Part shown: positions 49,288-61,948 of the stretch, one piece after another
Numbering within the stretch: position 1 is the first letter of the stretch
How the letters are laid out: every line of letters starts with the position of its first letter
Assembly: GCA_964188305.1 (NCBI GenBank)
Contig: OZ076892.1
Origin: Podarcis bocagei
Taxonomy: Eukaryota
Length of the DNA stretch: 64,000 nucleotides
Strand: one strand, 5' to 3'
Program-made: the position numbers and the translations under genes
Notes under the pieces: generated by a model
The model's input: only the letters and a program-made list of their open reading frames with translations
The model's database searches: none
Told to the model about the DNA's origin: nothing

Positions 49288-52200
49288 CTGCAAAAGACAG
49301 GAGACGGGGGCATTAATGTCCCAGGAGCTTAGGTGAGTAAGCTGTAGGTCCATCCTGGGTCCTGAGTCATCGTATGATGATTAGATTGTAAATGTGCAGG
49401 CAAAGATTGCAGTGGTGGTTGTTTCTACTGAGTTTATGTAAGCCTCTGGGAGCCTTTTTGGCTGAAGAGGAATAAAAAAGCTTCAGTAGGAAAATGCTGA
49501 TGAACCCAACATTTTCTGTGAAGATCTCCACTGCCTGCAGTAGAGACAATCCACTTTTCTGCTTAAAATCTCAATTAAAGGTAGCTTGCCTCTTCTGGCA
49601 GCTAGAGTAGCAGTTTTAAAGGGGGAGATGGGAACTGGTCTTGTGCACAAATCTGCTGGGCATTTATTGGATCATATGGACAGAGGCCAAATGCAGAAGC
49701 TGAGTTTCAGCACTCAAGCCTTTCAAAACATCCACTCTGGTGGCTGTTAATAGCATGAGAAAAAGTAGCTTCCAGCCAAGGTGTAAGAGAATGTCAATAC
49801 TCAGCACAACATTCAAGAACCCCACGGCCTTGAGTTCTTAAAATAGGGAGTAAGTGAGATGCAAAGAAGGATCTCCCTCTGAACTGTTAAAACCTCAGTC
49901 CTAAATGGATTTAACATAACTATGTCCATTTCAGCCTGCAGTGGATTTCAGTAAAAGCATAGTACAAAATGATAACCTGGAAATTGAGGGTGGTGTGCCA
50001 GCGTGCCCTTGCCTAGCCGAAACTGGTTAACACAGCATTACACATCACCCGTCATGCTGGTGGCTGGCACTGGACTAAGGAGCTGAGTTACTCCAGGGAG
50101 GAGGACAGAACACATAATGTAGCTTCAGCTGGATTCCCAGTTACTGAACGTTACCTCATTGCTGGCACTGCAAGCTCTGGATGAGTACACAAAATGATGT
50201 ACTGGCAAGCTAGCACCACATATTTACAGATGGCATTGCAGGGGGTGGGGGGCTGAGTACTGTGGGGGCAATCGGGGTCATATAACTGTAGGTATGGTAA
50301 AAGGAAAAGGGGAGCCTCGGAGTCATCTGGAGGCTCCCTTCATATTCTGATGGGCAGGGTTAGGTGAAGCTGTCAATTTTGGGTTCTCTCAGGTTCTCAC
50401 TTTCTCCCTCATTCAGTTCACCACGTTTTCACACCATTGTGTTCTTTTAAACAAAAAGTCCTCATGAAAACTCAACATTTTAGTGCAACTTTTCTGTAAG
50501 TTACACATTTTTCTATGTGATTCCATCTTTTTGGCAAAGCAGTTTCCCCTAAAGAACTTTTGTATGTTGTTTTCACCAATGTGTGCACTCTTAGGCATCC
50601 TTTACCTTAGCATATGCATGTCTGTGCACTCAACTTCGCTGGATTATGAAATTCAGCAAACCGCGTATTTCGGATGACGGCGTTTCTTCCCCCTCCTCCC
50701 CCCCCCCGGCAACAAGTGCAATGGGGATGCAAGTGCAAAGGGTTAACTCACCGAAGCAGAGGCTCTTCTGTTGTAGTCTGGTGAGTGCGGCCAGGAGTAT
50801 GGCTCAACAGAGGCCGCGCTTGTGATGAAAGCTGTTGCATACAAGACGGACGCAGCAACATTGAATACCACTAGCTGGAAGAAAAAGAAGACAGTCTTGG
50901 AGGACATTCCATGAGGTCTAAAGGTGAAGACCTACAGAACATTGGGGAAGGGCTGCAACTAAATGAAAAGCATCTCCCTATGTTCCTAACATTGACAATT
51001 CTTACAGCAGATTGTTCAATTGCAGGTGACCTGGATGACCTGCCTTATGCATACGAGCTGAATCTTGCTCTTGCCTCTCGCCCTCATGCTTCAGGTGGGG
51101 ACTGACTGCATCTTTATAATGTGTGCTTTTTCCTTTTATCTTACAAAAAGAAACTCCACACGAACATTTTAAATAAGTTGCAAAGCTGCTACAGGAACTG
51201 AAGCCTGTATGATCTCACAGGTGTTAGCCAATAAGATGCCCGTTTTCTCCCCCGCACGAGGTTGTTCCGGGAGATGAACATGGGCATGTGTTTCCAATCG
51301 CCTCTCCCACACCCAGTCTTCCTCCTAAGCAGCCAGGTACATGAGTTTGCTGCCATGGCACTGCCCTCAGCGTTCCTCCAGGAATGAAGAGATTTTACTT
51401 GTAGCATCCTGTGTTCAAGGAGAATGCAAACAAACTAGCACACTGGTGAAAATTCTAGGATACAAATCCTCAGAGATTGGATACAATAGTTTTGCTTATC
51501 CTAGTGAAAAGGATTCTGAGCATTGTTCTGATTCAGATATATAACACTAGGCAAATAATAGTGTTTATTGGGTGAAGAAGAAGAATATCTATTGGGTAAA
51601 GACAGATGTAATAATTTTAGTTATGGGTTGGAAACAGCTTTACTGTGTTTGGTTACAAACCTGAGCTAGACCATTGGTCCATCTAGACCAGGCACCCCCA
51701 AACTCAGCCCTCCAGCTCTTTTGGGACTACAACTCCCATCATCCCTAGCTAACAAGACCAATGGTCAGGGATGATGGGAATTGTAGTCCCCAAACATATG
51801 GAGGGCCAAGTTTGGGGATGCCTGATCTAGACCATTCATCTTTACTCTGAATGGCAGCAGCTTTCCTCAGGTTATGCAACTTTGCAGCAGAAGTCAAATG
51901 TCATCAGTACTGAATGGCTAGCGAATGCACATTCCCCTGAACAGTTCTGTATTTTTTAAAAAAGCAAACAAACCAACTTTCTTTTTTTAAAAAACAAGGT
52001 GAATAATGGTCCTTTAACCACGGCAATTAAAATTTTAGAAAAGACAAAGCAGTCCTCTTGAAGCACTGGCAGACAAGCAAGAGTAGCCTCCAATTTGATG
52101 GTATGTACCAGGGGTCTGCAACCCTTAAGACAAAAAGAGCCACTTGGACCCGTTTCCGAAGAAAAAACAACAACTGGGAGCCGCAAAACCATTGTGACAT

Positions 52201-54005
52201 TTAAAACAAATATATCTCCGGAGCCACGATCTGACAGCGGGTGGGAAGGTGACGTCGGGACAGTGCGTGACTAACGCACGCACCGCCCCCATGCGACGTC
52301 ACAGTCAGTACAGCGCCTGCCACAGTGAGGAGTGTCGGGGCACACAATGCGCCTCCTCCCCTCGCTAGTATCCGCCCCGGAGCCGCAGCAAAGATGTAAA
52401 AGAGCCACATGCGGCTCCGGAGCCGCGGGTTGCAGACCCCTGGTATGTACTGTTCAAACTGTGAAGCTAGAAGCAGTCAACATGTTGCACCAGCCTTAAT
52501 ATTTATGTCTGGCTTCATCTTAGATGAAAAAAGCACATGCAGTTCTCTGTAAGTGAGCTGTGTGGAGGGGACCCTTTCGTGGATCTGTTCCTGACTGATA
52601 AAGGTCACTTGAACTAGGATGTTCTGTGGCCAAAACAAGTGCACACTTCGTTGATTTGCGCAGGACCAACTGCAAGAGTCGCCCATTCAGTTTTGGAATT
52701 TTGGCAACAGTTTCTGCTTAGATGGCTGTAGGAATTCTAGTCATACTGGTTATGAAAGTGTAACAATGAGAGCACTGTTCCTTTCCTGTCTCTGCCTTCT
52801 GGACTGGCAGAATGGGGAGGTGGCACTTTGCTGTTCCACAGAAGAAGAGAAGGGACTTGCTGAACTGCTGCAGAAATGGAGACTGTTAACTGTTTCCTGC
52901 AGGACTCAACTAAGCTGATGTCCCTGGTGCCAGGAGCAATCTTCACCTGCTGCTGTTAGAATGCTGCAAATTCAGCATCACCTCCCTAAGGCCCATTTTG
53001 CATTTTTTTAAAAAAAACAACCACCCACAATACTGATATTTAAACACGAGGTGAAATAAACCTATTGTTTAATTCTACTAGATCAGCTGGTCCTGTGAAC
53101 ATCAGAACCTATCCTGAGCAAAAAGGCTTATATGCCTTTTAAATGCCTTTTCTCTTTCCTGCAAAAGCAGCACAAATTACAATCAGGCACTAACAGCAGA
53201 AGAGAGGCACAAAGGCTGCTCTCTAAAGTATGTGCTCCCTAAAGTTCATATGTTGGTGATCTTTGAGGCTGGTTTACTGCGATGCACTCTATGGGGGGCT
53301 GCCCTGGGCCTCGCCCAGAAGCTCCAACTGGGGCAGCATGTGGCAGCCAGACAGCTGATGGGGGCACATAGCTGCCAACATGTGACACCTTGGTTAAGAC
53401 AGTTGCACTGTCTACTACTGAGCCAGGTTTTAAGCCCTTGTGTCAATTTACAAAGCCATTTTTACCCTTTACACGGCTTTCTGCCATTTTGATCGATAGT
53501 TTTGATATAGTGTCGCCTATATACTGTTGCAAACTGCTTTGATTTTTTTATGATGCAGCAGTGCATACATTAAAAAATAAATAAATTGATAAATAGGGAG
53601 GCAGCTAGGCTTCCAGAACTTAAGAAAAGCCAGACTTCCTGCCACCCCCACTGCCCTCCTGGTAGTTTGATCTACAGTTCCCATCAGCCCTCAGGCAGGC
53701 ACAGCTGAAACCATCCGGAGGATAGTGGGGGGGGGGGAGAGGGCTTGGGGTAGGGTGTGCCAGAGCACCTGGGAGCTGTAGTTCAAAACAACTGAAGGGC
53801 CCCAGGCTGAGGAAGGGTATTGGGTACTCACCACAATAGGCCAAGGAATCATGTAGAGCTTTGCCTGAAGTTGGAAGAGGTACATCCCAAAAAGGATGAC
53901 TGTTACCAGCCAGAAGAAGATAGCGACAAACATCACCCAACCATAGGAAGGGTACGGTTGGTAATATGTGTCTGCAATGAGGGCCCACACCAGGCATCCC
54001 AGCAC
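49168..54005 (-). CDS. PLLP: Plasmolipin (MARVEL domain), 5'-partial CDS: last three coding exons
   Basis: complement(join(49168-49287,50752-50874,53832-54005)); all phase 0, GT-AG; matches PLLP as recalled (VWALIADT, YGWVMFVA, FFACLVMI, AWRG.GSNAATSQ). Exon 1 not found in the window. Confidence 0.95.
50355..50640 (+). repeat. Unclassified dispersed AT-rich repeat, copy 1
   Basis: Shares tcaa.tttggg/tttctctcag.ttctc..ttttc and aagtcc.catgaaaa.tca blocks with 55835-56215. Confidence 0.65.
50752..50874 (-). CDS. PLLP: PLLP exon 3
   Basis: LVVFNVAASVLYATAFITSAASVEPYSWPHSPDYNRRASAS; ttccag| ... tcg|gtgagt on the minus strand. Confidence 0.93.
51689..51824. mobile_element. Palindromic hAT-Charlie-type MITE (136 bp)
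   Basis: TIR CAGGCA(C/T)CCCCAAACT; perfect TSD atctagac (51681, 51825); whole-length inverted repeat; degraded relatives at ~13025, 24045, 37465, 40710, 53660, 61320, 62095. Confidence 0.92.
52109..52442 (-). mobile_element. Young non-autonomous hAT transposon (334 bp)
   Basis: Perfect 16-bp TIR CAGGGGTCTGCAACCC; perfect 8-bp TSD gtatgtac (52101, 52443); CpG-rich interior; strand assignment is nominal. Confidence 0.93.
53232..53597 (+). mobile_element. L2 LINE remnant
   Basis: QKLQLGQHVAARQLMG..HVTPWLRQLHCL motif; (AATA)n-like tail. Confidence 0.75.
53832..54005 (-). CDS. PLLP: PLLP exon 2
   Basis: VLGCLVWALIADTYYQPYPSYGWVMFVAIFFWLVTVILFGMYLFQLQAKLYMIPWPIV; tgcag| ... gtg|gtgagt on the minus strand. 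Confidence 0.96.
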
Positions 54006-54054
54006 CTGCACAACAGAAAAAAGGACATTGACAACTTTTGCTAGTGAAGGATAT

Positions 54055-54463
54055 TTTGCAGAATCAGAGTTGGAAGGAACCCCAAGGGTCATCTAGTTCA
54101 ACCCCCTGCAATGCAGGAATCACAGCTAAAGCTTCCATGACAGATGACCATCCAAGCTCTGCTGAAAAACCTCCTTACTGGCAGAAAGTGCCTTCTTTGG
54201 TCAGAATCTCCTTTCTTGTCATTTAAATTCCTCAGTTCGGGTCCTACCTTCAGGAGCAGCAGAAAACAAACTTGCTCCATCTTCCATGTGACAGCCCTTT
54301 AGATATTTGCAGAGAGCTATCATTTCACCTCTCCGTCTCCTCCAGGCCCAACTCCCTCAACCATTCCTCATAAATAAGGCTTGGTTTCCAGACTCTTGCT
54401 CATCCTAGTCATCGTCCTCTGCACACTTTTCAGCTTGTCAATACCCTTCTTAAACTGTGGTGC
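54055..54463 (-). mobile_element. CR1 LINE 3' fragment
   Basis: Reverse complement of the same CR1 3' region (gagttggaaggaaccccaagggtcatctagttcaaccccctgcaatgcaggaatcacagc...); ends ~50 nt upstream of the PLLP exon 2 acceptor. Confidence 0.9.
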
Positions 54464-55834
54464 ATGTCATCTGAAAGAGGCAGTAGGTAAGCTCCAACCC
54501 CACCACACTACTTCACTCCCAAGGCAAACAGGCATTGCCGCAATATGGTACATTTCACTGTGGCACACAGTTCCACTGAATTTATTCCTAGTGACACAGA
54601 TGTGCAGAATAAAGGCAGCTGGCAACTTTGGCGCAAGCTCTTCATTCTCTCTCAAGCGCCAATGCAATGTGGCGCCTGCAAACCTCCTCATGGTGTCTGT
54701 GTCCATGGTTACGTAGGCACACTCTTGGCTTCTGCTCAGTCACTGGAAGCAATGTTATACCTCCCTAGAGGCTTGTTGCCCATTGTCTCTTTCCTGGCTC
54801 TGGGGCCTAGTGGGGCACAGCTCCTGTCTGCTCCTGCTGCCGCCTTGGCTACGTCATCCAGCCCCTTGGCTGCTGGAGAGTAAACAAGCAAGCAATTTTC
54901 TGCCCACAACGCACTTGCAACCATAGAAAAAATTAAAAAAACAAGAAGCAAAGATGCACATTGAAAACGTTGCCATAAATAAGATTAACAAGTCGAAAAT
55001 GACTGTGCAGACTCCCAGCTTGCAGGGACTGGTTGGTTTCTGCACCCCCAAAGAGAACATTGAGTTCACCAGCTGGAGGCAAGTAGCTTAGAAAGTGGAG
55101 GCATCAGGTTAAGGAAGAGGACACCTCACATCATCTCCAAAGTATTACTATCCTTCTGACAGGGAGAAGGTAGAGGAGGAGGGGAATGATGCAGTTAAAG
55201 CAGCTGGCCAGGGGCTTGATTTACCGCCGGTGACTCCACAAAAGTCTTTCATTGCTGGTGGCCATGAAAGAGGCGCTATGTGGCCAAAGAGACATTGTCT
55301 CTGGCATAAACACTCTGGCTCTCTCCTGCTGCTTCGGTCTGGACAATGCCTTCTCTTTCAGACCTCTGCTTCCCTGCCTCCACAATAGCTATTAAGAAAA
55401 GAAATATATTGATGATGATGTTGTGGTTGGTACAGGAGGCAGAACACCCAGTTGAAATTCTGCTCTGGGCTTGACTAGAGGTGGCCAGCCACAAATTTGG
55501 CATGTGATTGATGGCAAGTGAGGGGAAGGGGGTTCTGCTTTCGAGGAGGGAGGAGAAAGGAGATATTCCCATGGCAGCCAATTGCCTGCAGCAGCCTGAC
55601 TGCCGCTGACTTCCGTCGTTAGTCCTGCTATATTAACTTTAGTAAAAAGATAAAGCTATTTTCAAATCCAGCTTGATAGTTATCAGATTGCCCATTCCTT
55701 GGGGCATCAAGCACAGCCCTGCACGATCCAGCACAAAAGGCTATTGAAAGACTGGCACTGGCAAGGCACTCTGTAGGACCCACATCAGACTGACTGCAAA
55801 CCGAAGTGTAGAGAAGAGGACGACAGCGGTGGGC

Positions 55835-56215
55835 TAGGGGTGGGCCAATACATCAACTTTGGTTTCTCTCAGCTTCTCCTTTTTTCAATCTGAAGTTTAG
55901 TTCTCTGTATGTCCATATCAGTTTGTAAAAAATAATTTAAAAAGACAGGATGAAAGTCCGCATGAAAATTCATCAACAGCTTAGTTCAAATTTATCCTAA
56001 TATATTTGCAAAGCGATTTCCCATAATAAAATGAGTTTTTTTATAATATTGTCATTAATACATGCATGTTTGTGCACATTAAATGGCTGGAGAAATTACA
56101 CTTCAAAATTCAGAGGATGACTATTTTAGTTTACACTTTGTTTTGAAAAGTAAAAAGTAGGTAAGTCTGCCTTTAAACAACAACACAATGAACTTTCTCC
56201 CCCATCTCTGGTTGG
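55835..56215 (+). repeat. Unclassified dispersed AT-rich repeat, copy 2
   Basis: Homologous to 50355-50640. Confidence 0.65.
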
Positions 56216-56367
56216 ACGAAGCCCTGTTCAGCCCTGCAGGTTTGCAAACAAGTAGGAAAGTAATTGGTCTCTCACAGCCTTGCAGGCGGGCGGTTACCAG
56301 AGGCAGTGGAAGTTGGGCTTTGAGACCCCTCAGGCATCCTCATCTGTTGTGTGCATCATATCTACAA

Positions 56368-56995
56368 GCACAGTGCAGCAGCAGTAAAGGATAATGCAAT
56401 TATAAGCTGCATCAACAGAAGTCTAGTGTCCAGATCAAGGGAAGTATGTAATAGTACCACTCTATTCTGCCTTAGTCAGACCCTTGGTCAGTCCTGTGTC
56501 CATTTGTGGACTCCATGGTTTAAGAAGACTATTGACAAGCTGCAGTGTGCGCAGAGGAGGGTGACCAAGATGTTACAGGTTCTGGAAAACAAATCTTATG
56601 AGGAACAGTTTAAGGACTTGGGAATGTTCAGCCTGGAGAAGAGGAGACTGAGAGGAGAAATGATAGCCATCTTCAAATACTGTATATGAAGGGCTGTCCC
56701 TGGGGAGATGGTGCAAGCTTGTTTTCCACTCCTCCTGAGGGGAGGACCTGAACTGATGGATTCGGGTAACAAGAAAGAAGATTCTAACTAAACATTAGGA
56801 AGAACCTTCTGACAATAAATGCCATTTGGCAGTGGAACGGACTCCCCTGGAAGGTGGTGGACTCTCCATTCCCTGGAGGTTTTTAAACAGAAATTGGATG
56901 GCCATTTGTCAGGAATTCTTGAGCAGTGATTCCTGCATCTCAGGGGATTGGGCTAGATTACCCAGGGGGTCCCTCACAACTCTATGATTCTATGA
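56368..56995 (+). mobile_element. CR1 LINE 3' fragment
   Basis: CINRSLVSRSREV..QRRVTKM..LENKSYEEQFKDLGMFSLEKRRLRGEMIAIFKY; tail tctatgattctatga. Confidence 0.93.
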
Positions 56996-58240
56996 AGATT
57001 CATACCCATAATACTATCAGGGTGGTCATAGGCTTTCAATAGTTTTTACATATGGAAAAGTTTGGGGGCAGATGTACTGCATGTCCAGTTAGTGCACACC
57101 CATGAAACCCTCTAACTTTTTATACCATATGTGTTCTGGTTTGCCTGTTTTTTGTCTCACTTTCATTGCCCTCTAGTCCAGACGGCAATAATGCAATGAC
57201 ACTGAGGAAGTGTCACAGAACATTTCCATTCACTGCCTCCTTCCCCACCCCCACCCCTCCTCTCTACCTACTGAGCCAGCTCCCTTTGTTTCCTTCATGG
57301 ATACATTCCAAAGAAGCAAAAAACAAAACAAAAAGCAAACAAATTGTGGGCAGGGCAATTCATTGTGCAGAGGAGAGGAGGATAGCTTGGGTGCCTGGTC
57401 AGTTGGGGAGGGCTTTGGGATATGAATACTTTTACAACTGTCAATTCAGGCAGAGATTGGTGAATCCCAGCTGTTTTCTCCCACCTTTGCCATGTCACTG
57501 TTTGCTGTTCTGTGCCATGCAGAGCTGGTCCTAACATTGAGCAGAGTGGGGCAACTGTCTCAGGCGTTCGGTTTGGCGCCACATAAAAAGGCACCCTTAT
57601 TAACTATAAAAAGCGCTTAAAGCACCCAGAAACTGCTCAGGAGGAGGGAAAATGAGAGCGGATTAGCAATGAAATATAGCATGATAGAATTGGGGTGCTG
57701 TCATGGATGTCATATTTGGATTCCACCCCCAAACATAGAAGGAACGAGTCAGACCAGTCTGTTAAGTGGCCCTAGCCAAGGCCATTAAGCATCTTTTTAC
57801 ATGACTAAAGAGTTGGCCCAGGACAGGTGTGTTGTCACAGAAATTACTGGCTAGTGATGCTTCCAGAAGAAGGGGCCAGACTTTCCTCCTTCACCTGATT
57901 GGAGGCAATGTCATTCTGGGGTAGGAGAAGAGAAGGCCAGACACAGGTGTGTGCTAGCACCTCTGAAGTCTCCCATTACTTGGGGAGTGGGCTGCATGTA
58001 ACAATACGAATTAAGGACAGGGCAGGATAATGGAACCTGCCTCTGTGATGTGCAACCACAGCAAACCTAAGCTGAAAAACGTGTTCTTAAGCCCTTGGAG
58101 TTGTGTTTTTACCATACACATTGCACGCACATGCTTAAAACAAAACAATGTGATATTGTGGAATATGATCAGAGAAATCTGAGAGACCAAATCCCCACTC
58201 AACTATGAAGGCTCACCTTCTTGAGATAGTTTGTCGGTCT

Positions 58241-58246
<6 letters not shown>

Positions 58247-58300
<54 letters not shown>
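58247..58300. repeat. (TC)n microsatellite
   Basis: 27 units, inside a MIR-like SINE remnant. Confidence 0.97.
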
Positions 58301-58302
<2 letters not shown>

Positions 58303-59864
58303 TAACCCCACAGAATTATTGTGAAAATAAAATGGGGATGAGAGAAACAGCCACATGCACTCTCTCCTGAGTTCCTTGGAGGAAGAGGCAGCGGCAAAGG
58401 TAAACATGAAAGAACAACAGCTGAAGCTCCCATTAGGAGATAATGCAAGGGGCATCCTCTATAGGCTGACCTTCACCTTGCCAGATCTACCTTATTCTTC
58501 ACTAGGACCCTGAGGCCCAACAGCTGGGACTAGATGCAAAATCATGGGGCTGCCGGCTGGGGTGTGGCAGTTGGGTACTTATTTGGAGTATTGAAGGGAA
58601 GATTGCAGGCCAGTGGAAAAATACAGGCTAAGCTTCCTTTCCAAGCCATTAGCTTCACCTGGGATAGAGGCTTTAACATGACAACAGGTGTTGACACTCC
58701 ATTGAAGAGGAATTTTGGGTCTGGACAGCATTAGTGCCAACTCCCTGGGACCCTGGGTGCCCAAGCACCCACCAAATTCTCCTGGGTGCCAGGCACTCAA
58801 ATTTCGGTGCCAGGGCCATGCACACTGCATGGCACCCATGGGCCTGGGCACCCACGGTCACAGGGCCAAGTTGGCACTCCTGCTGGGCAGACAGAAGGTT
58901 GCCAGGGTAACTGGGTGGAAAGTGACAGGAAAAGAGTGTCTTAAGCAAGGTGTGCTGGGAAAAAAGAAGGGAGAGGCTGGCTGAGAGATGCCCAGGTTTG
59001 ACTCCAGGGTTACACTGCTGTGAGGAACAAGCTCATCTTGAAATGACCATGCTTTAAGTTCTGGATTCCCCCCATATAAGCTGAAGATGTAAATATGTGA
59101 ATAAACCATATTTCTTAAAGCTATGACAGTCTCTGCTGCGTCATTTCTACTAATCCTGGGTGAATGCCTGGAACCCTGGGAAACTTGCTATTGCTCAGCA
59201 GAGAGTGGGGGTGGCACCCAACTTTTGTAACAATAGCTTTATTCACTTTTCTTAATTGTAAAGATAAAAGCAGAAGCTTTTGGTTTACACCTGATGTAAC
59301 TTGTATTTTTTTCCACATAAAAAGTTGAGTAAAATCATGGGAGGGGAAATGGAACAGGCAGAAGATCCTTAATGAGCTACTCATGGAGCCTTATGAAACA
59401 GCACCCACAGTTTCAGCTCTTGTCAGAAACTGTTCTTCTCTGTCTGCTCAAACTCCTCGTTAGCCCAGCCTCTGCTGCTTTCTGCAGAGCACTGACCTCA
59501 GACTCTGCTGCTGCTGCTGCAGGTGGGTTGCCAAGTCAGAAAATCATCCACAAAAGTTCTTTTGTCCGTCCCCAAGCTTCTGTGGTGGTGCCACCAGGGC
59601 AGGACTTGGGGGCAGAGGTCTGGGGCCCAAGTCAGCAGATCAAGCTGGGGGCAGGGGGGCAAAATGCAGAAGGGCAGATGCTCCACTTATTTCAAGAATG
59701 TGGCACAACACACATCACCATCTAAAATACCTCCCACCCCAGTAGGATCAGGAAGTCCAGAGCGTGGAATTACATAACTGTACAGATACTGCACATTTCC
59801 AGTGATTGAACTGGGCAAAGTCCAGAGGCCCAGTTTGCAAACAATATGAAGCTAAACAATGACT

Positions 59865-60186
59865 TTCTGAATTATGGTGCTGGAGGAGACTCTTGAGAGT
59901 CCCATGGACTGCCAGAAGATCAAACCTATCCATTCTGAAGGAAATCAGCCCTGAGTGCTCACTGGAAGGACAGATCGTGAAGCTGAGGCTCCAATACTTT
60001 GGCCACCTCATGAGAAGAGAAGACTTCCTGGAAAAGACCCTGATGTTGGGAAAGATGGAGGGCACTCCATCTACTAGCATGAGTTTGACCAAACTGCCGG
60101 AGTCAGTGGAAGACAGCAGTGCCTGGCATGCTCTGGTCCATGGGGGTCACGAAGAGTCGGACACAAGTAAACGACTAAACAACAAC
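59865..60186 (+). mobile_element. RTE-BovB LINE, 5'-truncated
   Basis: RVPWTARRSNLSILKEISPECSLEGQIVKLRLQYFGHLMRR..LEKTLMLGKMEG (BovB RT C-terminus); (CAA)n tail; 11-bp TSD aaacaatgact at 59854 and 60187. Confidence 0.95.
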
Positions 60187-60689
60187 AAACAATGACTAAG
60201 TGTGAAGACACAGGAGTGTGGGGACTTAGCAAAAATAATGGCTGCTTCATTACCCCTGCTGTTGCACCATGATTTAACGTTATATCAGAACTCTGGTTCA
60301 TGGTTCATCTCCCCCAGCCAAACCACAAGCAACAAGCCAAGAAGAAATCTTCCCCACAGATCATGGCTTGCATGCAGAGAGACAGCAAAGCACCAGCCTG
60401 GGTTTGGACACAACGCTAAGCCAAACCATGGCTCAGCTCTAGTTAGCGCAGCAGGAGGAGGAAAAGCAAGATGGATTACAAACAGCCCAGCGGGCGGTAC
60501 AGGGCATCAGCTTCCTCCTCCTCATTGCTGCCATTAACAAATTCAACAGGGAGGAGGCAGAGACCAAACCAGAATTAGTTGGCTCCACCACTTACTAGCT
60601 CTGGCGCCACCTACTGTTGTCCTCCCACCCTTTGCCTCACCTTAGCTGCTACTGGGTTTGGCTTGGTGTTATTTCTGTAGGTTGTGATA

Positions 60690-60928
60690 ATTACAAGAAA
60701 GGAGATTCTGAATCAACATTAGGAAAACCTTTCTCACTGTAAGTGCCATTTGACAATGAAACTGACTCCCTCAGAAGGGGGCAGATACTCCTTCATTGGA
60801 GGTTTTTAAGCAGAGGTTGGGTGGCCATCTGTCAGGGATTATTGAGCTGTGATTCCTGCACTGCAGGGCGTTGGACTCCATGACCCGTGGGGTCCCTTCC
60901 AATACTACAATTCTACGATTTCATGATT
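60690..60928 (+). mobile_element. CR1 LINE 3' fragment
   Basis: ttacaagaaaggagattc...ggaggtttttaagcagaggttgggtggccatctgtcaggg...ggtcccttccaatactacaattctacgatt. Confidence 0.88.
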
Positions 60929-61909
60929 TCTCTCTGCTTCTGGAGAGACCTTTACACCAGGCAACTGCCTTTTTCCACTCAAGAGGTAGATGCCGCTAAG
61001 CTGAAATCAAGTGAACCTTAGGTGCACACATATAATCGCACCTTTTAGCAGCCTGGAAGAAATGAACACACTCCTATTCTGTTGTCAAATTCATAGACTT
61101 GTAGAGTTGGAAGGGAGCCAAAGGGCCATCTAGTCGAACCCCCTGCAATCCAACTCAACAGGCATGTTTTACAACTCTTCAACCCAACTGTGGACAATAG
61201 TTAATTTATTGAGGGGAAAGGAAAGAACAACCCTTTTATCGTCCTGACGTTTGCTATGACTGCATGGCTAAAGTGCGAAAAGAGCCCATTAAGGCTGAAT
61301 CTCTCTACGTCCACCTTTGCCTACCTGTGTTCTCCATCTCTTTGGGGCCATAGGCCCTATCAGCCCCAGCCAGGAGAGTTGGGCTCCAAAACATCTGGAT
61401 GGGTGCCAGGCTGGCAAAGACTGGTCTACACCCCCCCACACACACACTCTAGAACTAATTTGTGAATCTCCTCTTGTAAATTTCAAGGCGATTTAAAATA
61501 ATGCAAGGAAAACAACTAAAATAGGTTTTAAATGAATATTTAAAAAACCCCCAACCATTAAAGGTAGGTTTTAAAACAATACAAAGACTGACATCACACA
61601 CACTGAAGCTGGGACAAAAATGTCTCCAATTGTTCCCATAGAGCACAAATAGCAGGAACTTCTTGTATCTTAGCCAGCAGCCATGCTGTTCCTCAAAAGA
61701 GTGGTACAGGACCACCTTAACCACAGGAGGCAGAAGAAACAATTCTCCAATGCTTCCCTTTTGCAAAAACAGACCACACCAAAACATCCTATCCAAGTCC
61801 TTTGCTCTCAGGCCATTTTGGAGGGTGATGCTCCCATCACCTTCCTAGACATGGATTGATAGATTGTCTATAGAAAACTCTACATGATCTGCACTGGAGG
61901 TGTGTTGTG

Positions 61910-61910
<1 letters not shown>

Positions 61911-61947
<37 letters not shown>
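61911..61947. repeat. (TG)n microsatellite
   Basis: ~18 units. Confidence 0.97.
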
Positions 61948-61948
<1 letters not shown>

